Shown here: piece by piece, positions 1 through 11,755 of the stretch | Position numbering within the stretch: the stretch's first letter is position 1 | Layout: every line of letters starts with the position of its first letter | Assembly: GCA_017411405.1 (NCBI GenBank) | Contig: JAFQQE010000014.1 | Coordinates: 67,735 to 131,734 of the forward strand | Direction: 5' to 3' | DNA from: Bacilli bacterium | GTDB lineage: Bacteria; Bacillota_I; Bacilli_A; RF39; UBA660 | Length of the DNA stretch: 64,000 nucleotides | Notes under the pieces: generated by a model | Databases searched by the model: none | Told to the model about the DNA's origin: nothing | What the model saw: the letters and a program-made list of their open reading frames with translations, nothing else | Position numbers and translations under genes: made by a program

Positions 1-994
<994 letters not shown>

Positions 995-995
<1 letters not shown>

Positions 996-3900
996 TGTTA
1001 GAAGTTAATAATTTTAAAGGAATTAAAATAGGTATAGCAAGTCCTGATAAAATTAGAAGTTGGTCTTATGGAGAAATTAAAAAACCAGAAACAATAAATT
1101 ATCGTACCTTAAAACCAGAAAGAGATGGTCTATATTGTGAAAAGATCTTTGGACCTACTAAAGATTATGAATGTAGTTGTGGTAAGTACAAAAGATTAAG
1201 ATATAAAAATGTTATTTGTGATAGATGCGGAGTAGAAGTAACTCGTTCTAAAGTACGTCGTGAACGTATGGGACATATTGAGCTTGCTTCTCCTTGCTCT
1301 CACATTTGGTTCTTTAAAGGTGTACCTTCTAAAATGGGATTAGTATTAGATATGAGTCCTAGAGATTTAGAAGAAGTACTATACTTTGTTAGTTATGTAG
1401 TAATTAATCCAGGTAAAGCACCATTAGAGAAAAAACAAACATTATCAGATAAAGAATATAGAGCATACTACGAAAAATATGGTAATGAATTTGAAGTTGG
1501 AATGGGTGCTGAAGCTATTCAAAAATTACTTAAAGAAGTTGATATAGATAAAGAAATCGAAACTTTAAGAAGTGAACTTGAAGGTTCAACTGGTCAAAAA
1601 CGTATAAGATTAATTAAACGTTTAGATTGTTTAGTAGCATTCCAAGAAAGTGGAAATAAACCTGAATGGATGGTAATGGATGTTATTCCAGTTATTCCAC
1701 CAGATTTAAGACCAATGATACAATTAGACGGTGGCAGATTCGCTACAAGTGATTTGAATGATTTATATAGAAGAATTATTAATAGAAATAATCGTTTAAA
1801 GAAACTATTAGAATTAGGTGCACCATCAATAATTGTACAAAACGAAAAACGTATGTTACAAGAAGCAGTTGATACATTATTTGATAACGGAAGACGTGGA
1901 AGAAGTGTAACAGCTGCAGGAAATAGACCATTAAAATCTTTATCAAGTATGTTAAAAGGTAAACAAGGTCGTTTCCGTCAAAACTTATTAGGAAAACGTG
2001 TTGACTACTCTGGTCGTTCAGTTATCGTTGTTGGACCAAACTTAAAAATGTATCAATGTGGTATTCCTAAAGAAATGGCACTTGAATTATTTAAACCTCA
2101 TGTAATTAATGGATTAGTTACTCGTGGATTAGCTCATAATATTAAAGGTGCTAAAAAATTAATTGATACAAGAAATGAATGTGTTTGGGACGTAGTAGAA
2201 GACGTTATTACAGAACATCCAGTAATGCTTAACCGTGCTCCAACTCTACATAGACTAGGTATTCAAGCGTTTGAACCTAAATTAGTTGGTGGTAAGGCAA
2301 TTCGTCTTCACCCATTAGTTTGTGCAGCATTCAATGCTGACTTCGATGGAGACCAAATGGCAGTTCACGTACCATTAAGTGAAGAAGCTAAAGCTGAAGC
2401 TAGAATATTAATGTTAGGTGCTAACAACATTCTATCTCCAAAAGATGGAAAACCAATAGTTACACCTTCACAAGATATGGTACTAGGTAACTATTATATT
2501 ACAATAGAAGAAGCCAACCTTCCAAATGAAGGTAAAGTATATAAAAATAGTAATGAAGCAATTATGGCTTATGAAAGAAGAGAAATTACTCTTCATACAA
2601 GAATTGTAATTCCAGTTTCATCATTTAAACATAGAATATTTATTGATGAAGTAAAAGATAAATTCTTAGTAACTACTCCAGGAAAATTAATATTTAATGA
2701 AATATTACCAGATACATTCCCATATATGAATGAACCAACTAAAGAAAACATTAGTGGTATTACTCCAATGAAATATTTCATTGATATGGGAGAAAATATT
2801 CCTGAAGTAATTAAAAATATGCCATTAGTAAAACCTTTTGATAAAAAGATATTACAAAATATAATTGCTCAAATATTTAAATTATATAAAACAACTGAAA
2901 CAAGTATAATGCTTGATAAATTAAAAGATTTAGGATTCAAGTATTCTACTTTAGCAGGCGTTACAGTATCTTTATCTGATATCATTGTAGATTCTTCTAA
3001 ACAAGAATTTATAGATGCAGGTCAAGAAAAAGTTAATAAAATTAATAAGCAATTTGCTCGTGGTCTAATTACTGAAGAAGAAAGATATACTAGCGTATGC
3101 GCAGTATGGAATGGAGTAAAAGATCAAGTTAAAAACAAATTAAGTGATATTGCTAAAAATGATGTACATAATCCAGTATTTATGATGATGAATTCAGGAG
3201 CACGTGGTAGTGCTGACCAATTCTGTCAAATGGCTGGTATGCGTGGTTTGATGGCTAAACCAGATGGAACTTCAGTTGAAATTCCAATACTTTCAAGTTT
3301 ACGTGATGGTCTATCAGTTAACGAATTCTTCTTAGGAACACATGGTGCTCGTAAAGGAGATACAGATACAGCGTTACGTACAGCAGACTCTGGATACTTA
3401 ACTCGTCGTTTAGTTGACGTATCACAAGACATTATTGTTAAAGATGAAGATTGTGGTTGCGTATCAGGATTAGTTGTTAAAGACTTATGCAATGATAAAG
3501 ATGGAAGTGTAATTGAACCTCTTGCTGAAAGATTATTAGGTAGATTTACATCTAAGAAAGTTATAGATCCTAATACTAAAGAAGTAATAGTTGATAAAGA
3601 TGTATTGCTAAATGAAAGTTTAGTTTCTAAAATAGAAAAAGCCGGAGTTAAAGAAGTTGAAATCAGATCTATTCTTACTTGTAAGAGTCCAAATGGTGTA
3701 TGTCAAAAATGTTATGGTAGAAACTTAGCTACTGGTAACTTAGTTGAAACAGGAGAAGCTGTTGGTATTATGGCCGCTCAATCAATCGGTGAACCAGGTA
3801 CTCAGTTAACAATGCGTACATTCCACTCAGGAGGAGTTGCTGGTGGAGAAGATATTACACAAGGTCTTCCTCGTGTTGAAGAATTATTCGAAGCTAGAAA

Positions 3901-4627
3901 TCCAAAAGGAAAAGCTACAATATCAGAAATTACTGGTAAAGTCGCTCTTATTGAAGAAGTTAATGGTAAATGGAAAGTTACAGTTGAAAATAAAACTGAA
4001 GCAAGAGATCACATAACAAGTTATGGGGCAAAACTTACAGTTGAAGTAGGGGACGAAGTTAGCGCTGGAGATAAATTATCTCAAGGTACAATATCTCCTA
4101 AAGAATTACTTGCTGTAACAGACCCAATAACTACTCAAGAATATATCTTAACTGAAATCCAAAAAGCATATAAGAGTCAAGGTGTTGATATATCAGATAA
4201 ACACGTTGAAATAATAGCAAGTCGTATGATTAACAAGATGAGAGTTGTTGATGAAGGAGATACAGACTTAGTTGCTGGATTAACAGTTTCAATTCGTGAA
4301 TTTACTGAAAGAAATAAGAAAGTATTACTTGAAGGCGGAGTACCTGCTACAGGTAGACCAATAATTCTTGGTATTACTAAGAGTTCTCTAGAAACTGATT
4401 CATTCTTATCAGCAGCATCATTCCAAGAAACTACTCGTGTTTTAACAGATGCAGCAATTAAAGGAAAAGTAGACAATTTATCAGGATTAAAAGAAAATGT
4501 TATAATTGGTAAACTTATCCCAGCTGGAACAGGAGCAAAACAATATAGTGATATAACTATAGAATTAGAAAAAGGTTTAATGGATGATGAACCAAGTGAA
4601 ATACTTGAAAACGAATTTATAGATTAA
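995..4627 (+). CDS. rpoC: DNA-directed RNA polymerase beta' subunit
   Basis: 1210 aa. Catalytic [12 protein letters not shown] motif, N-terminal Zn-finger cysteines (CSCGKY..CDRCG), follows rpoB. Confidence 0.98.
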
Positions 4628-4634
4628 TAATATA

Positions 4635-4659
4635 AAGAAGCATTTAAGTGCTTCTTTTT
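4635..4659 (+). terminator. Rho-independent terminator after rpoC
   Basis: AAGAAGCA-loop-GTGCTTCT hairpin followed by a T-run. Confidence 0.7.
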
Positions 4660-4703
4660 GCATACAAAAATATATTTTTAACATACTAATTATAGGTGAT
4701 TTT

Positions 4704-5447
4704 ATGGCTTTAAAAACAGCAATAACATTTGGCTTAGTTAATATTCCAGTTAGATTAAATCCAGTAATAAAAAATAACGATACTAATTTTAATTATCTAC
4801 ATAAAAAATGTCTTAACAGAGTATCATATATTAAATATTGTCCTACATGTAAAAAAGATGTTACTACTAAAGATTTGATAAAAGGATATGAATATACGGA
4901 TGACAAATATGTAACTTTTGATGAAAGTGATTTTGATAAATTAAAAACAACAGATGATAAAAATATAGAAATAATAAGTTTCGTTAATGAAGATGAAATA
5001 GATCCAATTTATTATGAAAAAAGCTATTATTTAAATACAGATAAAAAAAGTAAAGCCTTTAGCTTATTTAAAACAGCATTAAAAAAATGTGGCAAAGTTG
5101 CAGTAGCTAAAACTGTTATAGGTAGCAAATCATACTATGCTGTACTAAGATTTGGCGAAAATAATATTATAATGACTACTCTTTATTATGAAGAAGAAAT
5201 TGTTTTAGATGATGTCAAAGTTGAAGAAAAGTATACTGAAAAAGAAATGGATTTAGCATTAAAACTAATAGAATCTATGGAAGGTGAGTTTACTCCAGAA
5301 GATTATATTGATGAGTATCAAGATAAAGTAAAAAATGCAATAGAGAAAAAAATAGATGGAAAAGAAATAAAACAAGCTAAAAGTAAGAAAAAAGTAACAG
5401 TAACTAATTTAATGGATGCATTAGAAAAAAGTCTAAAGAGGGCATAA
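4704..5447 (+). CDS. ku: Ku protein (bacterial NHEJ DNA-end-binding protein)
   Basis: 247 aa. N-terminus AITFGLVNIPVRL and C..C/C..C segment typical of bacterial Ku. Stop/start overlap with the adjacent ATP-dependent ligase. Confidence 0.85.
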   Translation: MALKTAITFGLVNIPVRLNPVIKNNDTNFNYLHKKCLNRVSYIKYCPTCKKDVTTKDLIKGYEYTDDKYVTFDESDFDKLKTTDDKNIEIISFVNEDEIDPIYYEKSYYLNTDKKSKAFSLFKTALKKCGKVAVAKTVIGSKSYYAVLRFGENNIIMTTLYYEEEIVLDDVKVEEKYTEKEMDLALKLIESMEGEFTPEDYIDEYQDKVKNAIEKKIDGKEIKQAKSKKKVTVTNLMDALEKSLKRA

Positions 5448-6334
5448 TGGATTTATATGAAAATAAAAATATTAAACCTATGTTATTAAGTGAATCAAAT
5501 AAACCATTTAACAATGAAAATTATATTTATGAAATAAAATTTGACGGTACTAGAGCAATAATATATATAAATAAAGATGAAATAATAATAAAAAATAAAA
5601 GAGGAATTATATTAAATAATACATATCCAGAATTATTAAATATTAAAAATATGACAAATAATAAATGTATATTTGATGGAGAAATTATAGTAATGGATAA
5701 TGGTGTACCATCCTTTAAAAAATTACAAGAAAGAGCAATGTTAAAGGATAAAATCAAAATAAATTATGAATCTAAAAATAATCCAGTAACGTTTATTTGT
5801 TTTGATATATTATATGAAAACAAAGACTTAATAGATTTGCCACTCTTAGAACGTAAAAAATTATTAGATAAATATCCTGATACAGATTACTTTGTAAAAA
5901 GTAAAGTAATACAAAATGGAATTAAACTCTATAACGAAATAAAAAAAATTGGTTTAGAAGGAATAGTAGCAAAAGAAAAGAATAGCAAATATATACCTAA
6001 TAAAAGAAGTTCCAATTGGATAAAAATAAAAAATCATATGGAAAATGATTACTACATATGCGGATATAAAGAAGAAAAGAATATAGCAAGTATACTATTA
6101 GGAGAAAAGAAAAACAATAAATATAAATTTGTATCCAAAGTTATACTAGGTAAAAATAAAAATGATTTTAAACTAATAAAAAAATGTAAAAAACAAAGGA
6201 ATACTTTAATAGATTTTAATGATCCAAATTATACTTATATTACACCAAAATATAAATGTACAATACTTTATATGGAAAAAACAAACAAAAATCATTTACG
6301 TCAACCAATATATAAATCGATAAGATTTGATTAA
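5447..6334 (+). CDS. ligD: ATP-dependent DNA ligase, ligase-domain-only LigD-type
   Basis: 295 aa. Adenylation motif I EIKFDGTR, later LEGIVAK and WIKIK motifs. No polymerase or phosphoesterase domain. Coupled to ku. Confidence 0.85.
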   Translation: MDLYENKNIKPMLLSESNKPFNNENYIYEIKFDGTRAIIYINKDEIIIKNKRGIILNNTYPELLNIKNMTNNKCIFDGEIIVMDNGVPSFKKLQERAMLKDKIKINYESKNNPVTFICFDILYENKDLIDLPLLERKKLLDKYPDTDYFVKSKVIQNGIKLYNEIKKIGLEGIVAKEKNSKYIPNKRSSNWIKIKNHMENDYYICGYKEEKNIASILLGEKKNNKYKFVSKVILGKNKNDFKLIKKCKKQRNTLIDFNDPNYTYITPKYKCTILYMEKTNKNHLRQPIYKSIRFD

Positions 6335-6340
6335 AAGTGA

Positions 6341-6369
6341 TTGAAATAAAATCTTTTTTATGTTAATAT
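6341..6369 (+). promoter_or_regulatory. SigA-type promoter (TTGAAA-17 nt-TAATAT)
   Basis: Hexamers with 17-nt spacing just after the ligD stop, upstream of the leader hairpin and the 6505 gene. Confidence 0.45.
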
Positions 6370-6403
6370 TTTCTATAGAGTAGAAGAATACTCCGAAAGA
6401 CGT

Positions 6404-6480
6404 TTAATAAAAATTGCTTCTTAATGTCCTCTCTTGACCAATAAACATTTGTTCGGTCGGAGGGGGGCAATTTTTATTAA
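6404..6480 (+). terminator. Long A-tract/GC-hairpin/U-tract terminator-like structure in the leader of the 6505 gene
   Basis: TTAATAAAAATTGC (6404-6417) is perfectly complementary to GCAATTTTTATTAA (6467-6480). It encloses CCTCTC..GACC / GGTC.GAGGGG. Only ~25 nt remain before the ATG. Confidence 0.55.
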
Positions 6481-6504
6481 TAAAAAAAGAAAAGAGGTAA
6501 AATA

Positions 6505-8712
6505 ATGAATAAACGTCAAAAAATAATAGTAAGTATAGTAGGTATATTTATAGTACTTCTAGCATTAGTAGGATTAACATATGGTTACTTTTTAACAAGA
6601 ATAATAGGTAATAGTAACGATACTAGCGTAAAACTAAATACAGCACTTTTCGAACTAAAATATGAAGACGATACCAATGAGATACTTTTCAAAGATTTCT
6701 TAATGCCAGGAACAGAAGTTGGAAGCAAATCTTTTACAGTTACTAATACAGGAACTGAAGCGATAAATAATTATGGAATATACATTGAAGATGTCATAAA
6801 TGAGCTTAAATATACTGAAACTATGAAAATTTCTCTTACATGTAAATCTATTAGATTAAAAACTAATGAAGAATATGGTACATGTAATGGATTAAGTGAA
6901 AGTAGAAGTTTTCCAACTACAAATGAAAGAATAGTAACTAATTCAATACAAGCTGGTGTTAGACATGAGTATACTTTAACAATTTTTTACGAAAATGCAT
7001 CATATAATCAAAGTGATGATATGGGAAAAATCATTGAAGGAAAGATACAAATATATGACGAGAATACAGTTGTATCGATGTACGGAGATGTTAAAGGTGC
7101 TGATTCTACTTATTCAATATTGGTTAATTCTACACCAAAAACTAGCGAAATTAAAGATGGAAAATATTATATTACTGGATTAGAAGCAGGGGAACATAAT
7201 ATTCAATTATTAAATTCTTTAGGTGAAATAATAGCAAATAAAAAAATCAATATTTCATTAGGTGATGACTTAGAATATAATGATGATGAAATTAGTGTAA
7301 CTAAAGATACACAAAATATAAAAGTAGATTTAACTTTTGAAAGTGATTCGTTAAAAACATCAGTTTCTGAAGCTGAAAAATTAAATAATTTCGAAGAAGG
7401 AACTCTGGCTTATGCAATATTAGAGAATTCAATCAACGGAGTTAACGGAACATATTATAGAGAAACTCCTTTAACGACACCAGCAGTTCAAACTCCAGAA
7501 AAAAAGAAATCAATTTTAAAGGCCGAACAAACAATAGAAATAGATTACATATATAAAGATTATTATATTAATTATGGTACAGGATATGATTACGATGATA
7601 TAACTGGTAATTATAAATTAACCAACCCTAATGTTTGTCAATATAGTAATGAAGAATGTAGAAAAACTATAGTTGGAAAATATATTCATTATACTACCGA
7701 TGATATATCAAAATTTTTGTCGTCTACAGAAAAAATAATTGATAATTCTAAAGTGAATTTTACTCATGTAGAACAAATAAAAGAAGTAAAAGACATTACA
7801 GAGAACGAAACTATGAAAATTATTGTAGATAGTTATGATAACGCATACACAAGTTTAGAAAAAACACTATCTAAAACTAAAGATAATTATGGAGATTCAT
7901 TTTACTTTAGAGGAGAAGTTGATGATAACTATGTTACATTTAATAATATGTGTTGGAGAATAGTTCGAATAGAAGGAGATGGTAGCATAAAATTAATACT
8001 ATCTGATCCATCAGAAGGATGTAGTGAAAACACACTAACAAAATTAGATAGTTCAGTTATAGGAAGTGGGTCTTATGGGTATACTACTATAAATGGTATA
8101 AAATATCCAGATTATATAAATTCAACAAATGGAATGCGCTCAGCATTAATGACATGGTACAACAATAATTTAAAAACTGTAGAGGAAAAATTAAAGTTGG
8201 ATACATGGTGTTTAGGAAATTTAAACGAAGGATATTCAGTAAATGGAGTAAAATTAACAAATGAAACAACTACAATAGATACTTTAGTTACAGCAAAAAC
8301 TCAATTTTATTATGAAGATACTGTTAATGTTTATGGATTAGGTAAAACAAAAAATGCTAGTTTATTATGTAGTAGTGGAGCAACTATTGATGAAAGCTAT
8401 ATAGGTACAATAGACGTTAATGAAGCTGCATTTGCAGGAAATGTAAGAAGTATGGCTAATAAATCAAATTACTTATATGCAAACACAACAAAGCAAAATG
8501 GCAGCAATATTAGATTTTGGTTATTAAATCCAGCAAGTCATAGAAATAGTTCTGGGAAAGTATTTCAATCATTTGCATTACAAATGGGAGCAGCATTTGA
8601 AACTAGAACAGTTGAAACAACAACATATTATAGACCAAGCATAACATTAAAAAAAGGAACAACACTTACTAGTGGAAATGGAACGATTACATCTCCATAT
8701 GCGGTAAGTTAA
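6505..8712 (+). CDS. Large secreted protein with SipW-type signal peptide and TasA/camelysin-like N-terminal domain
   Basis: 735 aa. Signal/TM ending GLTYGYF (compare GGTFAYF of camelysin/TasA), then LMPGTEVGSKSFTVTNTG like the camelysin core. C-terminal half is unassigned (YFRGEVDDNYVTFNNMCWRIVRIEGDGSIKLI). Confidence 0.6.
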   Translation: MNKRQKIIVSIVGIFIVLLALVGLTYGYFLTRIIGNSNDTSVKLNTALFELKYEDDTNEILFKDFLMPGTEVGSKSFTVTNTGTEAINNYGIYIEDVINELKYTETMKISLTCKSIRLKTNEEYGTCNGLSESRSFPTTNERIVTNSIQAGVRHEYTLTIFYENASYNQSDDMGKIIEGKIQIYDENTVVSMYGDVKGADSTYSILVNSTPKTSEIKDGKYYITGLEAGEHNIQLLNSLGEIIANKKINISLGDDLEYNDDEISVTKDTQNIKVDLTFESDSLKTSVSEAEKLNNFEEGTLAYAILENSINGVNGTYYRETPLTTPAVQTPEKKKSILKAEQTIEIDYIYKDYYINYGTGYDYDDITGNYKLTNPNVCQYSNEECRKTIVGKYIHYTTDDISKFLSSTEKIIDNSKVNFTHVEQIKEVKDITENETMKIIVDSYDNAYTSLEKTLSKTKDNYGDSFYFRGEVDDNYVTFNNMCWRIVRIEGDGSIKLILSDPSEGCSENTLTKLDSSVIGSGSYGYTTINGIKYPDYINSTNGMRSALMTWYNNNLKTVEEKLKLDTWCLGNLNEGYSVNGVKLTNETTTIDTLVTAKTQFYYEDTVNVYGLGKTKNASLLCSSGATIDESYIGTIDVNEAAFAGNVRSMANKSNYLYANTTKQNGSNIRFWLLNPASHRNSSGKVFQSFALQMGAAFETRTVETTTYYRPSITLKKGTTLTSGNGTITSPYAVS

Positions 8713-8743
8713 GATTAATAAGAATATTATTAATCTTTTTTTC
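8713..8743 (+). terminator. Rho-independent terminator
   Basis: GATTAATAA-gaata-TTATTAATC hairpin followed by T7. Confidence 0.7.
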
Positions 8744-8804
8744 TTTTAATAAATCTCACTACATAAAAAATATTATTTTTAATATAATATATTAGGTGGT
8801 TTAA

Positions 8805-9146
8805 ATGGATAAAAAAGCCCAATTTAAAGAATTTGTATCTAAACATCCAGAATTAGTAACTTTCATCAAAAATAAAGAAAATACATGGCAAGACTTTTAT
8901 GAAATATATGATATATATGGAGAAGATGAAACAGCTTGGAATAAATATTTTGAAAATAATACAACAAATAATTCTTCAATAGGAGAATTAACTAGTCTTT
9001 TTAAAAATATAAATATGGATAACGTACAAAAGCATATTACTAATGCTCAAAAAGCAGTAAGCTTAATACAAGAACTGACTAATAAAGGAACAACAAATAT
9101 AGTAAATAAAACACCAAGACCTATTACTAAATTTTTTGGTGATTAG
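8805..9146 (+). CDS. YlbD-like putative spore coat protein
   Basis: 113 aa. FKEFVSKHPELVTFIKNKENTWQDFYEIYDIYGEDETAWNKY resembles my recollection of B. subtilis YlbD. Followed by a ylbE-like gene. Confidence 0.5.
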   Translation: MDKKAQFKEFVSKHPELVTFIKNKENTWQDFYEIYDIYGEDETAWNKYFENNTTNNSSIGELTSLFKNINMDNVQKHITNAQKAVSLIQELTNKGTTNIVNKTPRPITKFFGD

Positions 9147-9365
9147 ATGGAACTAAATATAATATATAAAATAAAACAAAATAAAAAGCATTATGACTTC
9201 TTAAGAACACATTCTTATTGGTATAAATACTTAAATAGAAATTCAAATAATTATGAAAAATTTATACAAGAATATAAAAAGTATAGTAGGGAAGTAACTA
9301 CAAATAAAGTAAACGATACTATAAATAATATAGATATGGTAACTAATATAATAAAGGTATTATAA
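9147..9365 (+). CDS. YlbE-like small protein
   Basis: 72 aa. HSYWYKYLNRNSNNYEKF matches the YlbE-like signature as I recall it. Abuts the ylbD-like gene: its ATG immediately follows that gene's stop codon. Confidence 0.5.
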   Translation: MELNIIYKIKQNKKHYDFLRTHSYWYKYLNRNSNNYEKFIQEYKKYSREVTTNKVNDTINNIDMVTNIIKVL

Positions 9366-10048
9366 TGTATAAAATAATATGTACTAGAAAAAAAGATGGT
9401 AATATGTCTTATAAATATTCTAATAATAGAGATTTAGTTACTAATAACAAAAATAAAATATTTAAAAAATTCAAATTAAATAAATGTGTACTTATGCAAG
9501 TAACTAATAAAGATAAAATATCATACATAGATAATTTTGATAGTGAAGAAGTAATAAGTGATACCATAATAACTAAAACTAAAAATGTTTTTATATATTT
9601 AAACTATGGTGATTGTATACCAATGATTACATATGATAAAAAACAAAATATAATTGGATATACTCATTTAGGATGGCAAAGTACTAATTGTGATTTACAT
9701 ATAAAAACAATAGATTATTTTATAAAAAAACTTAATTCTAATATAAAAGATCTGAAAGTTATATTAGGTCCATCTATAAAAAAAGATTCGTATATACTTA
9801 AAAACCCTATACAACTAAATAATTCTAGATGGAATGATTTTTTATATAGATTAAAAGAGGATTATTATAAAATAGATTTAAATGGTTATATAGTTAATGG
9901 ATTAAAAGATAAAGGTATAAAACATATAAAGAATTCTAAAATAGATACAGTTAAAGATGAAAGATATTTTTCTCAATATAGATGTAAATATATTAATAAA
10001 GATGAAATAAATGGTAGATTTATGTACGGAGTATATTTAAAAAGTTAA
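9365..10048 (+). CDS. Polyphenol-oxidase/laccase-domain protein (YfiH/YlmD/PgeF family)
   Basis: 227 aa. GDCIPMITYD, HLGWQST and C-terminal RYFSQYR correspond to the ADCVP / HAGWRG / FFSYRR motifs of the family. Confidence 0.65.
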   Translation: MYKIICTRKKDGNMSYKYSNNRDLVTNNKNKIFKKFKLNKCVLMQVTNKDKISYIDNFDSEEVISDTIITKTKNVFIYLNYGDCIPMITYDKKQNIIGYTHLGWQSTNCDLHIKTIDYFIKKLNSNIKDLKVILGPSIKKDSYILKNPIQLNNSRWNDFLYRLKEDYYKIDLNGYIVNGLKDKGIKHIKNSKIDTVKDERYFSQYRCKYINKDEINGRFMYGVYLKS

Positions 10049-10120
10049 TAAATCCAAGATATTTAATGTTATATTATTTATCTTTTTATTTTTATGTTAT
10101 AATAAAAAACGGTGTTTTAT

Positions 10121-11413
10121 ATGGAAAAAGAATATTTAATTAATAAATATACTTTAAAAGATTTAAATAAAAGCTTATATTTATCATTAGATAATCCATC
10201 AGATAGAGAAATTAGTAATATAAAATTTATTAATCCAAATACTGTAGTAACTATTACTTTAGATAATTATTATAAATTAAATAATATATTAAAAGAATTT
10301 AAAGAAAATAAAGTTATATTAAAAGTAAAAGATAAGAAAGCTTTTGATGAATATACAAAGATTAATAAAATAGATTATAATAATTTATATATAAAAATAG
10401 AATTTTATGATGAGATACCTTATAAAGATTATATTAAATATGAAAAGCTATTAAATGACATGGTAATGGAAGCTCGATCTTTATCGCCATTTGAAAAATA
10501 CATATACGCTTATAATGTTACTAAATTATTTAAACAATATAAAAAAGATGAGTTTGATACTATTGCATCTAGAGATTTATATAAAGTATTAGAAAATGAA
10601 TATATAGTATGTAGTGGTTTTGCTAATCTATTTAGTGCTCTATTAAGTAAATTAAATATAGATAATACAGTTATTATAAAAAGAATAGATACATCTTATG
10701 ATAATATTAAACCGGGTAAAGCAAATTTTAAAAAACAAGTTCCTATAAATTATACATTACATGCTTTAGTATATATTAATTTAGTTGATGAAAAATATAA
10801 TATTAACGGTTATTATATATCTAGTCCAACTGATGATAATGTATTAGATAAAGATTTTTATAATTTTTTAATACTAACCGATAAAGAATATAGTAATTTA
10901 TCTGAATATATTGGATTAGATTACTTAGAAATATTCGATGTTAATAATATAGAAGAATATTATAAAAAAACAAATTATCTAATAAAAAAATATGGATTCA
11001 CAAGATATGGTAATTATATTTTAGAATTATTAAATTTGTTAAAAGAAATAGATCCATTATTTGTTACTAACATCTTAAAAAAATATGAAAAAAATGATAA
11101 TATGGAACAATCTATAATTAATATGATAGAAGAAATAGGTAACTATATTTTAAAAAAGACAAATAAACCTGTAGATGGATTAACTATCATGAAAGCGGTT
11201 AAAACAATATATAAAAAATTCTATGGATATAATGAAGAAACTTTAAATAAAGAATTAGAAACAACAATAAAATATAATAAAAAACTACATAAAATTTTCT
11301 TTCCCACTAGATATAAGTTATATAAAGATGGTACTAAAGAAATATATTCATATTATAAAAATAAATTTAGTTTTGATGAAAATGAAATGAAGTTATTAAA
11401 AAGTTTGAAATGA
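10121..11413 (+). CDS. Transglutaminase-like (cysteine-protease fold) domain protein
   Basis: Candidate Cys-His-Asp triad context: VCSGFANLFSALLSKLNI ... LHALVYINL ... SPTDDN. ATG at 10121 preferred over the upstream GTG. Confidence 0.4.
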   Translation: MEKEYLINKYTLKDLNKSLYLSLDNPSDREISNIKFINPNTVVTITLDNYYKLNNILKEFKENKVILKVKDKKAFDEYTKINKIDYNNLYIKIEFYDEIPYKDYIKYEKLLNDMVMEARSLSPFEKYIYAYNVTKLFKQYKKDEFDTIASRDLYKVLENEYIVCSGFANLFSALLSKLNIDNTVIIKRIDTSYDNIKPGKANFKKQVPINYTLHALVYINLVDEKYNINGYYISSPTDDNVLDKDFYNFLILTDKEYSNLSEYIGLDYLEIFDVNNIEEYYKKTNYLIKKYGFTRYGNYILELLNLLKEIDPLFVTNILKKYEKNDNMEQSIINMIEEIGNYILKKTNKPVDGLTIMKAVKTIYKKFYGYNEETLNKELETTIKYNKKLHKIFFPTRYKLYKDGTKEIYSYYKNKFSFDENEMKLLKSLK

Positions 11414-11422
11414 GGTAGAAAA

Positions 11423-11755
11423 ATGCAAGTATCTAAAGATGAATTAAGGAAAGTAAAGGGTAATGATGAATGGTTTAATAAGTACGGTGAAGGCTATAGA
11501 ATCTTATACTTTTATGAAGATGGACATTATTATATAGGAGCATATGCAAAACACATAAAAAGTTTTATGATGAATTTTTGTAAACAATATCCCATAATGG
11601 ATGAAAGTGATATACCAGAATTTGTAAGTATAGATGATCTTTTAGAAAGATATTTAGAGAGTTTAAAAGATATAACATCAGTTGCATTATATAAAACAGA
11701 TGGAACATGTATACAAATGAAAACTAGAAAAGAATTAAAAAATAGTAAAGGTTAA
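11423..11755 (+). CDS. Hypothetical protein
   Basis: 110-aa ORF with GAGGT SD. No recognisable motif. Confidence 0.45.
   Translation: MQVSKDELRKVKGNDEWFNKYGEGYRILYFYEDGHYYIGAYAKHIKSFMMNFCKQYPIMDESDIPEFVSIDDLLERYLESLKDITSVALYKTDGTCIQMKTRKELKNSKG

Noticed and set aside
2593-4476. Three minus-strand ORFs inside rpoC (2593..2781, 3226..3492, 4177..4476).
   Set aside because: They are antisense shadows of a highly conserved gene, with no SD and non-protein-like composition.
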